Assembly: GCF_002113885.1 (NCBI RefSeq)
Contig: NW_018406060.1
Span: 1-64,000 of the forward strand
DNA from: Mizuhopecten yessoensis
Lineage: Eukaryota
Direction of reading: 5' to 3'
Length of the DNA stretch: 64,000 bases
The number at the start of each line of letters is the position of its first letter. Position 1 is the first letter of the stretch. Positions 48,751 through 62,482 of this stretch are shown here, one piece after another. Under the pieces are notes generated by a model. It was not told the origin of the DNA, made no database searches, and saw only the letters and a list, made by a program, of their open reading frames with translations. The position numbers and the translations under genes are program-made.

Positions 48751-51496
48751 ATAAATACTTTATAGGAGATTATATTGCCCACATAATGTAATCAGTATAG
48801 TGTCTTTGGGATTATTTGGTAATTGTGTATGGTTTAAATGTCACAGCTGTATATTTAGGAAGGGTAAGACTTCAAAACACCAATTTACATCTATCATTTA
48901 AAAAATCACCCTTGTAAAAAGAAGTTAGGTGGTGTGATTATATTAAACCAAAACTAATTCCGGATAATTTTGTCTTGATTAAAATTATATACGAAATTAA
49001 ATGTATACGATTATTGCTATATAATTAAAGATTATTACACTTTTTTCAGGGTTTGTCGTGAGAACCAATTTCTCTTTGAGAGTACGTGGATAGAATTGAA
49101 AGGCCATCGTAGGTGGAATCGAGATTTTATCCAGGAGCTAGATTCTGACATTCTGACATTTTCCCCTTTTTTTATTGCTTACGCGGATCACCTTTGTGCG
49201 GATACTTTTCCTGGTTTAGAACGCCGCCTGGCGCGAGTAGACGTTTGAGAAAATGAATTCCCAAATGGGAAAATCCATTCTGAAGTTGTTCTCAAGTCGT
49301 TCTCAACTTCTTGAGTATTCTAATACTGACAACACATGATAATGAATTTATCATGCCACCGTTTATATAAGATAGTACATTTTGTAGTGCATAGCGATGA
49401 TGAAGAGCTTTACCATGTGCGATTTACAGATTGATTTACTTATTCTTTGATATCTAATCATCTCATTTACTCTTATTCCCTTTCATACATTGTAGAGATT
49501 TATTTTTACCAAGAAAATATTTTGTGAAGTTTCTGTTAATTGTGAACGACCTGTTCGTCTACTTTTGAATGGAATATTTAGAGAGATGTAGCCTGGTGGA
49601 CCAGGAATGTCAATAAGACCATAAAGTCCGAATGCAAACAAAAAATGAAAAGAAATCAATATTTTTTTGATCGACTGAAACTAAAAACAAAGCATATACA
49701 TTTCCCTTTGATCGACTTTTGTCTTTTGGTGAGGTATCTTAAACTTGATGATGTCATAGCATGCTATATAGTATAAATTAGTGACCTCCAGTTATTTAAA
49801 TTTTGTCCGTGTGATCTCAACTACTCGATAAATCTAAAACATTTACAAAATAAGACGAGGTAAAATTACTAAAATATATCAGAGTATTTCCCCTTTGATC
49901 ACCAGGATAGGGTAGTGAAGTATTATAAGGAAATGAGGAGAGAACATTTATACCAGAGTATGAAAAGACTTCCTTAAGAGACCGGCTTTAGTAATGCATA
50001 CAAATATCAATAACATTTATCATACGCACATTTCCCCATTTTAGTTCTAAGTCATGTCATATCTTCATTGTTTTTAAATGGCGACAAAAGAGTATGCTGG
50101 TATAGATATATTGTATATATATACACCGATCACATTAAGTCATTAAAGACACTTCTAAGTTGTAAAAAGCGCACAAAGCGTAATGGAACAAGTGTTGGTA
50201 ATGAATAGGTATGTATTATTAATACTTGTATTCTTGTATTTTAAGAAGTGTATGTAAATTTCTGAAATGCATAGGACCATAATTATAAAGGTTTCAAATT
50301 GAAGTTTTCACTTTAAACCAATAACAAAAAAAAATGTTTAGCTGATATTATATAATGACGACACAATCTATATTTTATATCTATGATATGAAAGTATAGG
50401 CGTCATAACGATTGTTTATGATATATTTTGTAACTAAATTTACATAATCTCACTTAAGTGGGTAAATCGATTACAACCAATCTTGAAGGTCTTAATTGAT
50501 CTGCTATGTATTTTATGTATTCCATCTGCTTCAACGTACATTTTAATCCCTTAAAACCATCTTGGCTTGCCTATGAAACTCCCTTAATACATTACAAATA
50601 AACACCTAAAGACAGCTCAAGTACCGGGACACCTATAGTCTTGTTCTTCCTGAAATGTTTAAGAGTTTTTTATGTTAACATTCCCTTTTTTCATATTTAT
50701 AATGTATCTTTTTTAAAACGTTTAATTTAAAAATACTAAATAGAATCAACTCGTTAGCAATAATTATTACCAGGATCATCTACTGTTGAACATCACGTTA
50801 TAGAAAAGCCTAACAAAGATACATTAGAACGTAACTCATGCGTTATAAAACGATTTTTGTCAAAAGTTGATAATAACATCAGAAGCGAATGTACCGGTTT
50901 AGCAAGCTATAGCCAGGACCTGTTTAAGTCGGAGTCACGCTCCATGGATTTCGAACATAAATAGGTTTAATATCAGTCCTGTTATCGTCTAGAACATGTT
51001 TATAGTTTAATAGACTGCCGAGATAACCCTACATACGCCATAAATGTCAGCTGTTCAGGCTAAATGACAGTTAATGTGTATGTGAGGATTGTCTTATACC
51101 CATAAAAATCGTCTGCTTCGTTTTCTAGCTTACTTTCATACAACATAAAAATGGGTTTGAGATAATGATATTTCGAACTATATACTCGCTTATCATAAAA
51201 TAAAGCTTGCGTGTTTACATACAATCAAAATATTCAAGGGAAAGATTTGAATAAAAAAAAAAGTTGATAATAAATTCTACATAATTAAAGTTGTTTGATG
51301 TGTTATATTTGTTTTAACATATACACATTATTTTGTATTCTTGTTCAGGCGTAAGAAGTCACCTGTCCGACCTCGGGGGCTTTTCAGGCACTACGGTGAT
51401 CGGATTTTTTCCATGTATTCCGGTTAAGTTCCACATTCATCTCAATCTGTGCTTCAATCTGTGCCAACAAGAATGATAAATATAAGTTTAAAACTG

Positions 51497-51769
51497 GGTC
51501 CAAAAATCATGAAACCATTCTCGCGCTCAAGCATGGATTTTGTTCTCAAGCCCTATTTGTTCTGGTTATGAATTGATAAAAAACAGTTCTCATTTTGTCA
51601 ATGACTTGGAACAAAATTGAAATAACTTGAAGCCAAATACGGTTTTCAATGTCTATATTTGTTATGTGTTTTCTTTTTGTTCGTTTTGCATGATTATTGA
51701 GTTACAATAAAATTGGTTTGAGCACAGAATCCGTGCTTGAGCATGATAACCGTTTTATGGATACTGGCC
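51497..51769. mobile_element. PIF/Harbinger-like MITE with CTG target duplication
   Basis: ~50-bp imperfect TIRs ggtccaaaaatcatgaaaccattctcgcgctcaagcatggatt / aatccgtgcttgagcatgataaccgttttatggatactggcc, flanked by ctg on both sides; lone related end at ~62407-62438. Confidence 0.7.
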
Positions 51770-53099
51770 CTGGTCTCATAATTGCTGTATCGAAACAGGC
51801 CTTTAAGAAATATCATTTGTTAACTCCGTCTTAATACGAACTGTATCGCACCAGAAGACTCGGTACATTTCTTTGTTTATTGTACTTACAACTCCGACAT
51901 TAGTAAACAAAATTTCGAAAGAAATAAAACGACTATACAATTGTATGATTAATATATGTTATATCTTTATATCTTTAATTAACGGTAACTTCCCAAAATA
52001 ACACCGGATCCTTGCAAACGTGTGTTTGTAGGATACGAATTACTAAAAATTGGTATATTGCAAAAGGCAGACAATATCACATTGTCAAATAAAGACTAAT
52101 GTGAACATATATTCGCGATAATTTTCATACCACAAACATTTCCACTTTTACAGTATATTGATGTTATCTTATGTTGGCTAGACACTATTGCGGTGCCGAA
52201 ATAACCAAACATCTTTCCCTGGGCATTTTTGCACCTTAGTCGGAACACAACGGGATCCACAATGGTAATGTCCGCCGACGATTGGCCTTTGGATACAATC
52301 TTCTCTTAAATCCAATTCAAACTGGAGCTCCTTTTAGCTCTCTTGACAAGTCGCTTGACTTATCTTTTCAGTAATATACCGATCACTTCCAGTTTTTTGG
52401 GTATCGCCTTCACTCATGAAGCCGGATGAAGTGGTCTTAGATTTTTACGCCTTTCTCGATTTCTTCCTCTCCTTCTCCTTGGTCACTCTCAGCACCTGAT
52501 GATGCTCCCATGTGCAGAGGCCTTGGGTGATTGATGTCTAGCAACTAATTAACACGTGGTTACAAAGCTTTCGTCTTCAACACAAAACATCCCCGAGTCT
52601 GCGATCATTTTTCACATGTTAAAACAGTAACTGACTTACTAAGGTATCATAGACGGATTCTAAAAGCAATGTTAGGTGGCGTGTTGAATAATGTCATGTA
52701 GCCCTGTGTGATCCCGCTTACGTGCTAGAATCATCCTGAGTAGCTTGGTATTCACCACTTTCTGCTAATACGTGTCGACTTACTCATTGTATGTCATGGG
52801 TCACATCAATCGTCCTGCCGGAACTGCTATATCATTTCACAGATACACAGATATTATTCTGACTGCAGGACTTTAAAAAAATCCTCTGCTGTCAGCTCAA
52901 AACGGTTTAAACAAATTCTGACAAGAGCATGGACATTTGAATAACATTAATCATTAATATTTGAGGTGAAAGGGAAATTATACATATATTCCCAATTAGA
53001 GTAATTAGTGTTCACAACATTAATTTGATAATTAATTATCAGAAAGTATATTTAGTTCATATATTTAACTACGGGTGGATAATAAAATTGGTTCCCTAT

Positions 53100-53290
53100 A
53101 GTTATAGAGTATCGGTTTGTTTCTCCAGTGATGGTATAGGCAATCTTCGAAAGATTTGATAGTTCTTGATGGCATTACCTCAAATGACAGGCTGTTCCAG
53201 ATGTCAACAGTTCTGCGACAAAATGAATTCATCATCATGTTAAGGCGCGTTTTATCATTGAAAAGTTTATATTCCTGACCCCTTGCTACA
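53100..53290 (-). mobile_element. Degenerate CR1-group LINE 3' end
   Basis: Minus strand translates SFCRRTVDIWNSLS...TIKSFEDCL, like CR1 ORF2 C-termini. Confidence 0.55.
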
Positions 53291-53334
53291 TTCTGCAGGA
53301 ATATCGTTCGGAAAAGCCCGATTTTCTTTAAAGT

Positions 53335-53897
53335 TCTCCATTTTCTCTCTTCAAGCAGTCCAGTATTTCCTCCTTTCTTTATATAATCTTAAGCAGGAGC
53401 CATTAGATCCGTAACAGCTTTGGACACTTCGTATATATCTTACTTGGCATCCCATTTGTCCATGGCACGGTTGAAGCTCTTGCCTCTTATGCTTGTTCCG
53501 TTTCATCTTGGGGCTTCTCAGTTAGTTCAACTTCTTACAGTCTCTCTCATGGTCCTAGGGGTTCTTAATGGTGCTAAACCTCGTGATTCTCACCTAAATG
53601 TCGTTCAAACTCCTCTCTAATGAATTCAAGTCGTTCTGGTCCTCTTCCATCAAGAACTGCTGCTGTAAACGGATACGGGTTTTGCTTCAAATGGTTTCTA
53701 TTCCCTTTCTTCTGTCTCCTTGCTTTCGCACTCCTCTTCCTACTATGTAAACCTTTCAGTTGGTTCAACTCGATTTTCTTTATCTCATTGGGCTTTCTAA
53801 ACCAATAGGTCAACTCTGTTGCCTTCTTTATGATGGTTTGGAAGTCCAATTCCCTTGAATTCGTTAGAAACATCAAAGCTGGTTTCTTGTTCTTCAT
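53335..53897 (-). mobile_element. Degenerate HERO-like retrotransposon fragment (region N-terminal to the RT core)
   Basis: NPYPFTAAVL...REEFERHLGENH and YTKCPKLLRI*WLLLKII*RK resemble the HERO pre-RT region from memory; many stops. Confidence 0.55.
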
Positions 53898-55574
53898 AGC
53901 ATGTCACAAACCTCTATTTCCCTACCAAGTTCAATATTGCAATTGGCGATGAAATATTCAGCAAAATAAACTCCCAGTTAAGAAAAGCAGTTGAAAAAAT
54001 ATTGTCGTTAACTTTGCTGCGAATTGGCGATGATAAGAAGGGCGTAATATACGTACATGACTGGTGCATTTTATGGCATTTCGCTCCTAAAAGGAGATAT
54101 TAAATACGGCGAATTGTCAAAAACTACCGCTTTTTCGCTGCAAAAAAATAACGTTATAGCACAAATCAGCCACCATAGAAATATTACAGACAGGTATCGT
54201 CTGATCCTCTCAGTTAGCCACCGTGCCAATGCTCCTGTTCATATCCTGTTCCTTTTCAAATTGTCTGACATAAAAAGATGAAAATGCTCTGTCTGTCTCT
54301 CTGTCTGTTGTTTTCCCTGTCTGTCTGTATGTCTGTCTGTCTTTTTTAAATCTAACAAGAGTATTTTATCGTATCGTGTCATTCAGTAGAAAAGTCTGCT
54401 TCAAGACAATTTGATCCAGCGAGTCAATAATCAGTTTACGTATCTCGGGGATCAAGATCGATGACATGGCAATTTACTTAAGATGAAATACAAAATGTAC
54501 TTTGATCGATTAATATAGTGTATATGTTTTATGAGCCAAGTCGGTTCAAGATAACCTTCAAATTATTCTTCAGAAGTCGTAAACAATTTACCCACTTTTA
54601 GTTTTGTACGCGAGGCAGCCAAGGTCATGTCTATGTTTACCAGCGACACGGATGAGATCACGGAATGGAACACGGAATGGCTCCGAAATATCAACTTCAC
54701 AAAGCGGAGACGTCATACTTAATGGTCGTCTTCAATACTTGCCCACTTGCGCAGAACGAGATGTTTGGCGCTTCATTGAATACAGCAATCTAAAATCACA
54801 TCAAGTCTTTCAGGTTTTTATTTCTTTTGAAATATCACCACCTTTTTGAAAACAAACTGAACGAACAGGTTTTGGAGCCCACGTGGCAAGATGTCCGACA
54901 CCTGCCTAGCTCGTAGATAAATTATACAATGTATGCAAACACGCTGTGCCGAATAAACAGTGGCATATGCAAATAAGGGAAATGCTTACAAAGCGTAGAA
55001 ATTAAATCGAGTAGCAGTAAATTATACCAGGTATATTTGACATCAGGCAGGGACATAGTAATAAATATCCTTGGGGGGGGGGGGGGGGGGGCTTTAATTG
55101 GTTTGTTGTACTATATGTATCAAGGTCGAGTTTAATGTTGTTGTATTGATGATAAGTCATCACATCTTAAATGAGATGACACGTTGTTACGACAATGTAA
55201 GGACGGCAAGTGGCAGTTCTTAACATTAAGATAATGTAGCACTTTTCTGTCATTCTTAGAATGCACAAACATATGATTTTGATGCTTATAAATTCATTGT
55301 TTGCATTCATTTTTAATAGATTAAAAACAAACATCGTTCCATAGTTAAGCTGTTTCTAGTTTCGTTAAAGCAAATAACAAAAAGAAATTAAAGGAATACT
55401 TTAAATTATTGGTATTTATTAGTTATAAAAAAGTTTTAATTCAAACACACACATTTTTTAATTTAAGATGACCAAAACGAGGACCTCAACTTGATCAAAC
55501 AGAAAATTAATAAAATAGAAGGGTAAATTACCGAAGACAATATTAAGAAGGGAACACCAAACAAACTTTAAGTG

Positions 55575-55629
55575 AAGAAGAAGAAGAAGAAGAAGAAGAA
55601 GAAGAAGAAGAAGAAGAAGAAGAAGAAGA
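55575..55629. repeat. (GAA)~18 microsatellite; poly-G tract at ~55073-55091
   Basis: Directly visible. Confidence 0.97.
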
Positions 55630-56356
55630 AAGCTCAAAACTGAATTTGATTTAGTGAGTGAGTGATTTAAAACCAAATACAAATCAAGAAGTCCATCAAT
55701 CGACAATATCAACTCTGTGTCGTTTGTTTGATAAGACAAGAAGAGAATAACAGCCCAGTGCACGTGCCTATCTTAGCTTAGGTTTAACTAAAACCCTCAG
55801 TTAAAATGCTGACCTTACACCCCTCAACATTGATAAGCTAAGTATTGCGTCTCTTCAACTTCAATCAAATACAAAAAAGGTTTATTACATAAAGGGAAAT
55901 TTTAAGGAGATATATGGGTTTTCGGAAGCCATATCTGTTAATCAAAGATTTTCAATCAAATAAATCATATTTTAGTATGACACATTAAACAAAACTGTAG
56001 TTAGTTATCGAAAAGTCATGCTCCTAACTGCTTTCTTTTACGTTGTATAATCTTACAAAATTATATGGAAAAAAATAAGTCCTTATATAGTAAATGGAAT
56101 TGGCTGATGGCTTAATATTAGAGCCTACACTTGTTGCCAGATCCCTAACATTACATTCTGTATAATATTATATTATGTACTGCATATTTGTAAATAAAAT
56201 ATTGTTTAACCCAGTAAATGGAATACTACATTAATGGTCTGGAAAATGACAGAGAAAATCATTTCACATCGGGTATTTATCAAAATTGAGCAACAGATGT
56301 GCAACGATCGAGCTTAGGGTGGTACTGTGTGACGTCAGCAGGTTGTAATCTTCGCT

Positions 56357-57010
56357 TTAAAGTGATCACACCCGATGCACTTTAAATAGAATACACTTTA
56401 ACTGATTGCTTGTAATTTTCCGCTCTGAAATTATTCAATTAACGTTCCAAAACACACCATTTCTGTCGGTTTCATCCAATCTGTAATCAATTTTGACGTC
56501 AAAAAAACGTGAAATGGCGTCATATGGCCTACGGTCCAGATAATTTCTGCAGTGCATCCTCCCATAATCCTCCACAACCGGAAGTGGAAGCAATACAGAA
56601 GATGCTCTCCAGCAATGTTCGTGAGACAGTACTATAGATATTATGGCAGTTTACCAAACTCAATCTCCAAGTTAGGTGTCTGGAGTATTGTCAATGAAAC
56701 CCTGGTGTTCCAATCAATATTTCGCTGATACAGAACTTGCGTGGAGTCTGTCTCGCGTATATGCGTAGTAGCAGCTGCAATAGTGACAGGGCTGATGGAG
56801 AGGCCAAATTTTACGCACGTTTTGAAGTTAATATCATTTGATTCTTCACCCGGGAACTGTACGTATTATAAAGAGTGACATACAAACGGCTGGCTTCCAA
56901 ACAGCTGATTTCTTATATGGATATAGGCTTCAACTAGGCTTCAACTAGCAGAAATCAAGTGTGTAAGTTGGACCAAATGGCGGGATTGCATGGTTAGCGT
57001 GTTCACTTAA
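56357..57010. mobile_element. Possible non-autonomous Kolobok-like DNA element (TTAA flanks)
   Basis: ttaa-agtgatcacac ... gcgtgttcac-ttaa imperfect short inverted ends; non-coding interior. Confidence 0.35.
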
Positions 57011-58015
57011 CAATTAATTTCTTTGTGTAGCATCTATACTTGTTTTGCGTGTGAAATTAGATAAGAATGATTTTTTTGTATTGGAAGACTGGATCGAACC
57101 AAACAGGGCTACGATGACATACTCGCGCTACGTGTTTGATATGTTGTGCCAACATAAAACGGTGAGCGTGGTGATACTCAAATGCTCGGGAAATAGTTTT
57201 ATTTGTGTGGAATCGTCCAAGGAAACGAGGCTTCTCGATTCACTCCAGCCGACGGCACGTGGTCATTGATTCAAAACTCGAGATGGATTATTAAACTTAC
57301 ATCAGTTGCTTCAGTGAAAATTACATACTGGAATTTTAAAATATCTGTTTATTAATCTGGGTTTTTTTCTTGTGTTGATATATGCATAAATGTAACAAAC
57401 GTCTAGGAGTCAAGTCATGCTGGGTGTATCTGTAAACAAAAAATAGTCAAATATAGAAATATACGGAAATATTTATCAGCTCCACAGTGTATTAGAACAC
57501 ACCACTCCATGTGACACGTGAATATGCTATGAGCGTCTAATATAAGCGAGCATACAGGTAACTAACCACTTAAATCAAGGTGAGTTCTGTCGGCGTATAC
57601 ATGTGCCGTTTAACCTCCAGGTTAGATATGGATATTATACCACACTGTGTACACAAGTTCATTGAATATAACTAAGTAACATTAGGGTCTGACCGGACGT
57701 CAGACACCATTGATTAGGCCACCGGCTGGACACTCGGCTTACCGATGACGTGAAGTGATATTGTCCCACTGTCGACATCGAGCGATCATATGTACTTGGG
57801 CACGTATAGATATAGTATATATAGATATAGACAGAGCGTTTTAAATTTATCACAACGGAGCGAGTGAGGCACCCACTCACTGTATATCTGATATAGTCGA
57901 CAGAATTGTATACCATGTATACCATGTAGTTATCAATTTACATGGACACTTCAGTGTATCGCTTCGTTCGGTATGGAGGCATTTGGGCCGCGGCAGTTTA
58001 GTGTAGTGCTGTGAC

Positions 58016-58981
58016 ATGGCGAGGGAAGATGGGACATTACAGTTGTATGATGTAAGCGTCGGGGGAAAACCGGTGGATTATTCCCCCGCTTTCAAGCACA
58101 ACCATGAAGAGTATGAAAAGTCTCGTGAAATCACGCAGTTCCCGGACACGTTCCCGTGCGGGCACGTGCTTTGTCACCAATGCGTGCGTCGGTACGTCGC
58201 GCGATATCCTCTGTCTGCCTGGTGCTGTCCTCTTTGTGATCGGGAATTGTTCCATAACAACAACCAGGGTGAAACCACCGTCTCATCACATAGAGACGAG
58301 GAAGACGAATCTCTACTTGTAAATTTGGACGAAATAGTTCAAAAATTTAATGGTATAAATCATTCAATTCGTCGGATAAAGACAGAGGAAGTACAGGCCA
58401 GGAGCGTGGGGGTCACGTACAGCGCATGCCCGTGCGACATGTGCGGCCACGAGCATGGTAAGCTTAACGTCATACAGGAATATAATTGTCTTAAAGTTGA
58501 ACACAATCGACCATCAATATCAGACAGACGCTTCTGTCGTCTTGCCAACAGTACAGTCGTAACAACATTTCACAGCAAGATCAACTCCGCATGCGTGTGC
58601 GTGCCGTGCACGTTCCGCGAGATCCAAGATCATCCTGATCGGTATTACGCCCTCACGGAGGGCACGAGTTACTACGAAGATAATTCGAATGACTCAAACT
58701 ACGCCCTCGCGGAAGTAGGCAAGTTACTGACTCGGCATATTACGCCAGTTAAGGCCTTGCAGGGCAAAAACATGATTGAAATCGAACACAATATCCGTAT
58801 CAGTGAGAGAGGCGATTGGTTTGACTTCCGGGACACCTCGGAACAGATCAAACGAACAATAGGATCACAAGAGAAAAACTTGGTGAAGATCGCCAGGAAA
58901 CGGATAGAGGACACTGGACATCTATATCACGTGCAGGAAACTAACAGTGTGGATTACGGGGCTGGGGAAACGGTCGTGTGA
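58016..58981 (+). CDS. Zinc-finger protein with partial RING-HC and degenerate B-box-like motifs (divergent TRIM N-terminus-like), 321 aa
   Basis: 966-bp ORF, GC-richer than flanks, good start context gacATGG; PCGHVLCHQCV-x11-CCPLC matches the last six RING-HC ligands; later CPCDMCGHEH and CVCVPC...H; helical C-terminal part. Confidence 0.7.
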   Translation: MAREDGTLQLYDVSVGGKPVDYSPAFKHNHEEYEKSREITQFPDTFPCGHVLCHQCVRRYVARYPLSAWCCPLCDRELFHNNNQGETTVSSHRDEEDESLLVNLDEIVQKFNGINHSIRRIKTEEVQARSVGVTYSACPCDMCGHEHGKLNVIQEYNCLKVEHNRPSISDRRFCRLANSTVVTTFHSKINSACVCVPCTFREIQDHPDRYYALTEGTSYYEDNSNDSNYALAEVGKLLTRHITPVKALQGKNMIEIEHNIRISERGDWFDFRDTSEQIKRTIGSQEKNLVKIARKRIEDTGHLYHVQETNSVDYGAGETVV

Positions 58982-61134
58982 AGAAAGCGTTTTTGTTTTG
59001 TTTTCCGGGGTAGACCCGAAGGAAATGTGTAATAATTTTCTGTCCTGGGACGAAACACGTTTATGAAAAGAGTGATCTGGTTTTTTTTCCAAATGAATGT
59101 GGTGAAAGATGACGAAATATGGATTACTGCTGATTCGGATATACTGGTGAATGTAAATTGTACAGTATGTACAGTATACGTGTCTGTGTTTCTGATGCAT
59201 TGTGGGACATTTCCTTCCTTTTCTACATCAACTTCATTGTCTCTAAACGTCTAAACGTGTGTTGTTTTCATCCCTAGAACTCCTACGAGGCTTTTGACCA
59301 AAAACATAACTATACTGCATTAAGACTCGTCGAACTGATGAATCACGTGATCAAGTAAAACTAAAAAATCGGTTTGTCGCCGGGCATTGATGGTTCCGAC
59401 ACAAATATCATGTGAACGATGAACAAGGTATGAATCTCGTTTAACACGTTATTGGAAAATTAAATTAATTTAACTGAATGTTACTACAGAAAAGGTGCTA
59501 TATACATAAACTTGCTGATTTGTGGCAGGTGTATGTACGTGAGATGATTTGTTATGGTGACTTACCTGTGTAATACGGTAAAGTTTACGGATTTGATATG
59601 GTGGTGCTATGGAATACATTTACTATTAATGTTGGTGACGAGAAGGTTGGTATTTAGCAGCCAGAACACGGATTTTTACATTGTCTTACACATGCCCCTC
59701 CCCCCCCNNNNNNNNNNNNNNNNNNNNNNNNNNNNNNNNNNNNNNNNNNNNNNNNNNNNNNNNNNNNNNNNNNNNNNNNNNNNNNNNNNNNNNNNNNNNN
59801 NNNNNNNNNNNNNNNNNNNNNNNNNNNNNNNNNNNNNNNNNNNNNNNNNNNNNNNNNNNNNNNNNNNNNNNNNNNNNNNNNNNNNNNNNNNNNNNNNNNN
59901 NNNNNNNNNNNNNNNNNNNNNNNNNNNNNNNNNNNNNNNNNNNNNNNNNNNNNNNNNNNNNNNNNNNNNNNNNNNNNNNNNNNNNNNNNNNNNNNNNNNN
60001 NNNNNNNNNNNNNNNNNNNNNNNCCCCCCCCCCCCCCCCCCCCCCCAACATTTTTTTTAATTTGTCGTAAATCTGATACACGGTACTATGATATTTCTTT
60101 AATCAAGAAACGATTAGTTCTTGAATACATTCCTGAATAGTGAAATTTCATTTATTAACGATTTTTGTTTTATTAAATTCATTAAAAATATCTATTTTTC
60201 TTCAGTAAACTATTTTTGGTGTTAAGGATCACATCCGGGTAAATGAAATTCACAGAACGTGCTCCATTCAGACACTCGGCGCTCCTTGAGTTTTTCATAA
60301 GACAACTGTCAAAATGTGTAGAGTTTACAGTAATATGCCAAATCAATACTAAACATTCTGTTTTCTCGATAATGTCGGTGCTTTCGTTTCCGAACCATAC
60401 CGGATCGAATTATTTTGGCATTTAAAAATAAATTATGAAAATTCAGTACATGATGTGTCAGATTCTCTAAAATTTTGAATATGAATGATGGAGGAACGCT
60501 CAGATATGTGTAACTTTACTAGATATTGAAGATTGGGAGATTACTCTTTTATTTATTGTAATCCTCATGTGCCGTGGAGTTTTGTCATTCCAGGTTTCCG
60601 TAATCCGGATATGTAGCTTATATTACGTTTTTCGTTTAGATATTCATGTAAATTTGATAATTAATTTTGAACGGCCTTATTTGAAAACTTTATTATGTTC
60701 ACAGCCTGCTACAAAATCAGATAAACTGCTGCAGTACTGTTTGCATGTTATGTACATGTAATTAAAATTATCAGATTTTATCAAACTCCAATCGGGTTTC
60801 GAATCATGCTACCATTGCGCTTTGTTGGCTTTGGCTTACAACGCTTTACTTTGTTTAGATACGGAAGTCGCCACAATTCGGCGGGAGTTTGTTAAAGATA
60901 GAGTGACGCTAACGACTTTCCATATTTATATGGAACGAACTGTTTAAATTGGAGATATAACCGTTATTGAAGGCTAGATTTATTACAAAATCGACGTATA
61001 ATATGTAGACTATTTCTTAACCTATAACTTATTTAAGGACAAATGTCTTGAAATCCATTTTATTTCGACCACAGGTACTGATCACAGTTTGTTTACTCCC
61101 GGGTTGCTACTTACATGCATCAACTATTGACTTC

Positions 61135-61295
61135 TATTGAGGTGATTATGTCTATATCTGAACCAGGAAAAGTGATATTGACCGAGACGAAAATGTGGTC
61201 ATATATGGACCTAAGAACTTTGTATTAACCAAGATTTCGCCTCTGTAAATATCACTTCTTCAGGTTCATATAACTACATATTCAATGAAATAAAA
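61135..61295. repeat. Imperfect palindromic element
   Basis: tgaaccaggaaaagtgatatt ... aatatcacttcttcaggttca inverted arms. Confidence 0.5.
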
Positions 61296-62482
61296 GTCTT
61301 CAATTGTTATATTAGATTCTAAATCATCATTTAATCATAAAATAATACGGAACGTATGAAAAACATTCAGAGAAATAGTTTTTTCGGGCAGAGAGTATTG
61401 TGACGTTACAACTAAAATGCCGTCATAAAATTAATACTGTCATGCTGTTTCTAAAAATAGTTACACCTAGTCAATATCATATGTCATTGATCTCCACGTG
61501 ATTATCATTCAACAAATTAGAATGTATGAAATAGTGTGTCAGTTCCTATATGCACATGCATATATAGCAACCCATAGGAAAGAAAACGAAATGGTGACCA
61601 GTAACTATGATTTGACCAGTGTTATATACTTTTTTTAATTTATATGTGTAGACAAACAGAGTTATCGAACTTAGTTTGTTTGCTTTCACTTCCTGTCTGG
61701 TTTGCTGACGCAAACTTACAATGGAATTGATAAAATCAAAACCAGGTTTCATAGTATCATAGGACGCTTTTCAATATTTATCTCTTGTTTGTGTTTGTCT
61801 TTGCATAATAGTCAATAATTTGTGCATTTCAAGTGAACGAATGTGTATGTATTGCTGTAAAAATAATAATCTTCTTTTTTTACTTGTTTGGAGTAATTTA
61901 CTTCATTAATTCTTCAATAGTCTATTGCCTGGCTAATTTATGCAATAAACACTTTTACAATCTAAACATGTTATGGCAGTTTTGTATATAAGTACATGTA
62001 TTGATACATGTTTTGACTCGATGTTAAAACCAGCTGAAAGTACATGTTGTTTGACATAACAGTCAGCTATATTAACATTTTAGACTGAAGTGTATACAAT
62101 TGTGCATTGTGTACGGCGCGCCGTAGACAATGCCATCTTACCGACAATCAATGGACTATGTGTGTAAACGTGTTAGTTCAAAAATGGTTTATTAATTTTT
62201 TACGCCATCCCTGGACTGAATATGACCAACACCACTAGCCAATTCTCTTGAACAAAGTTTTCATTTAAAAACCCTGCTCCGCTGCAGTGTGTTTTCCCCT
62301 ATACACAGTTACCTCCCCTAAATGTAGCACAGTTTGTCTAGGCCACTTCCGTTGACCGGGTAGCTCTTGATTAGCTAGAGAGATATAATAACAATCTTAA
62401 GTGCAGGGTCCGTATTCATGAAACCATTCTCATGCTCAATTTCTTTTTTCTAGTTATAACTTAATCAATAAGTTAATCTTAA

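Noticed and set aside
55458-55763. Poly-leucine ORF
   Set aside because: Translation of the (GAA)n microsatellite on the minus strand.
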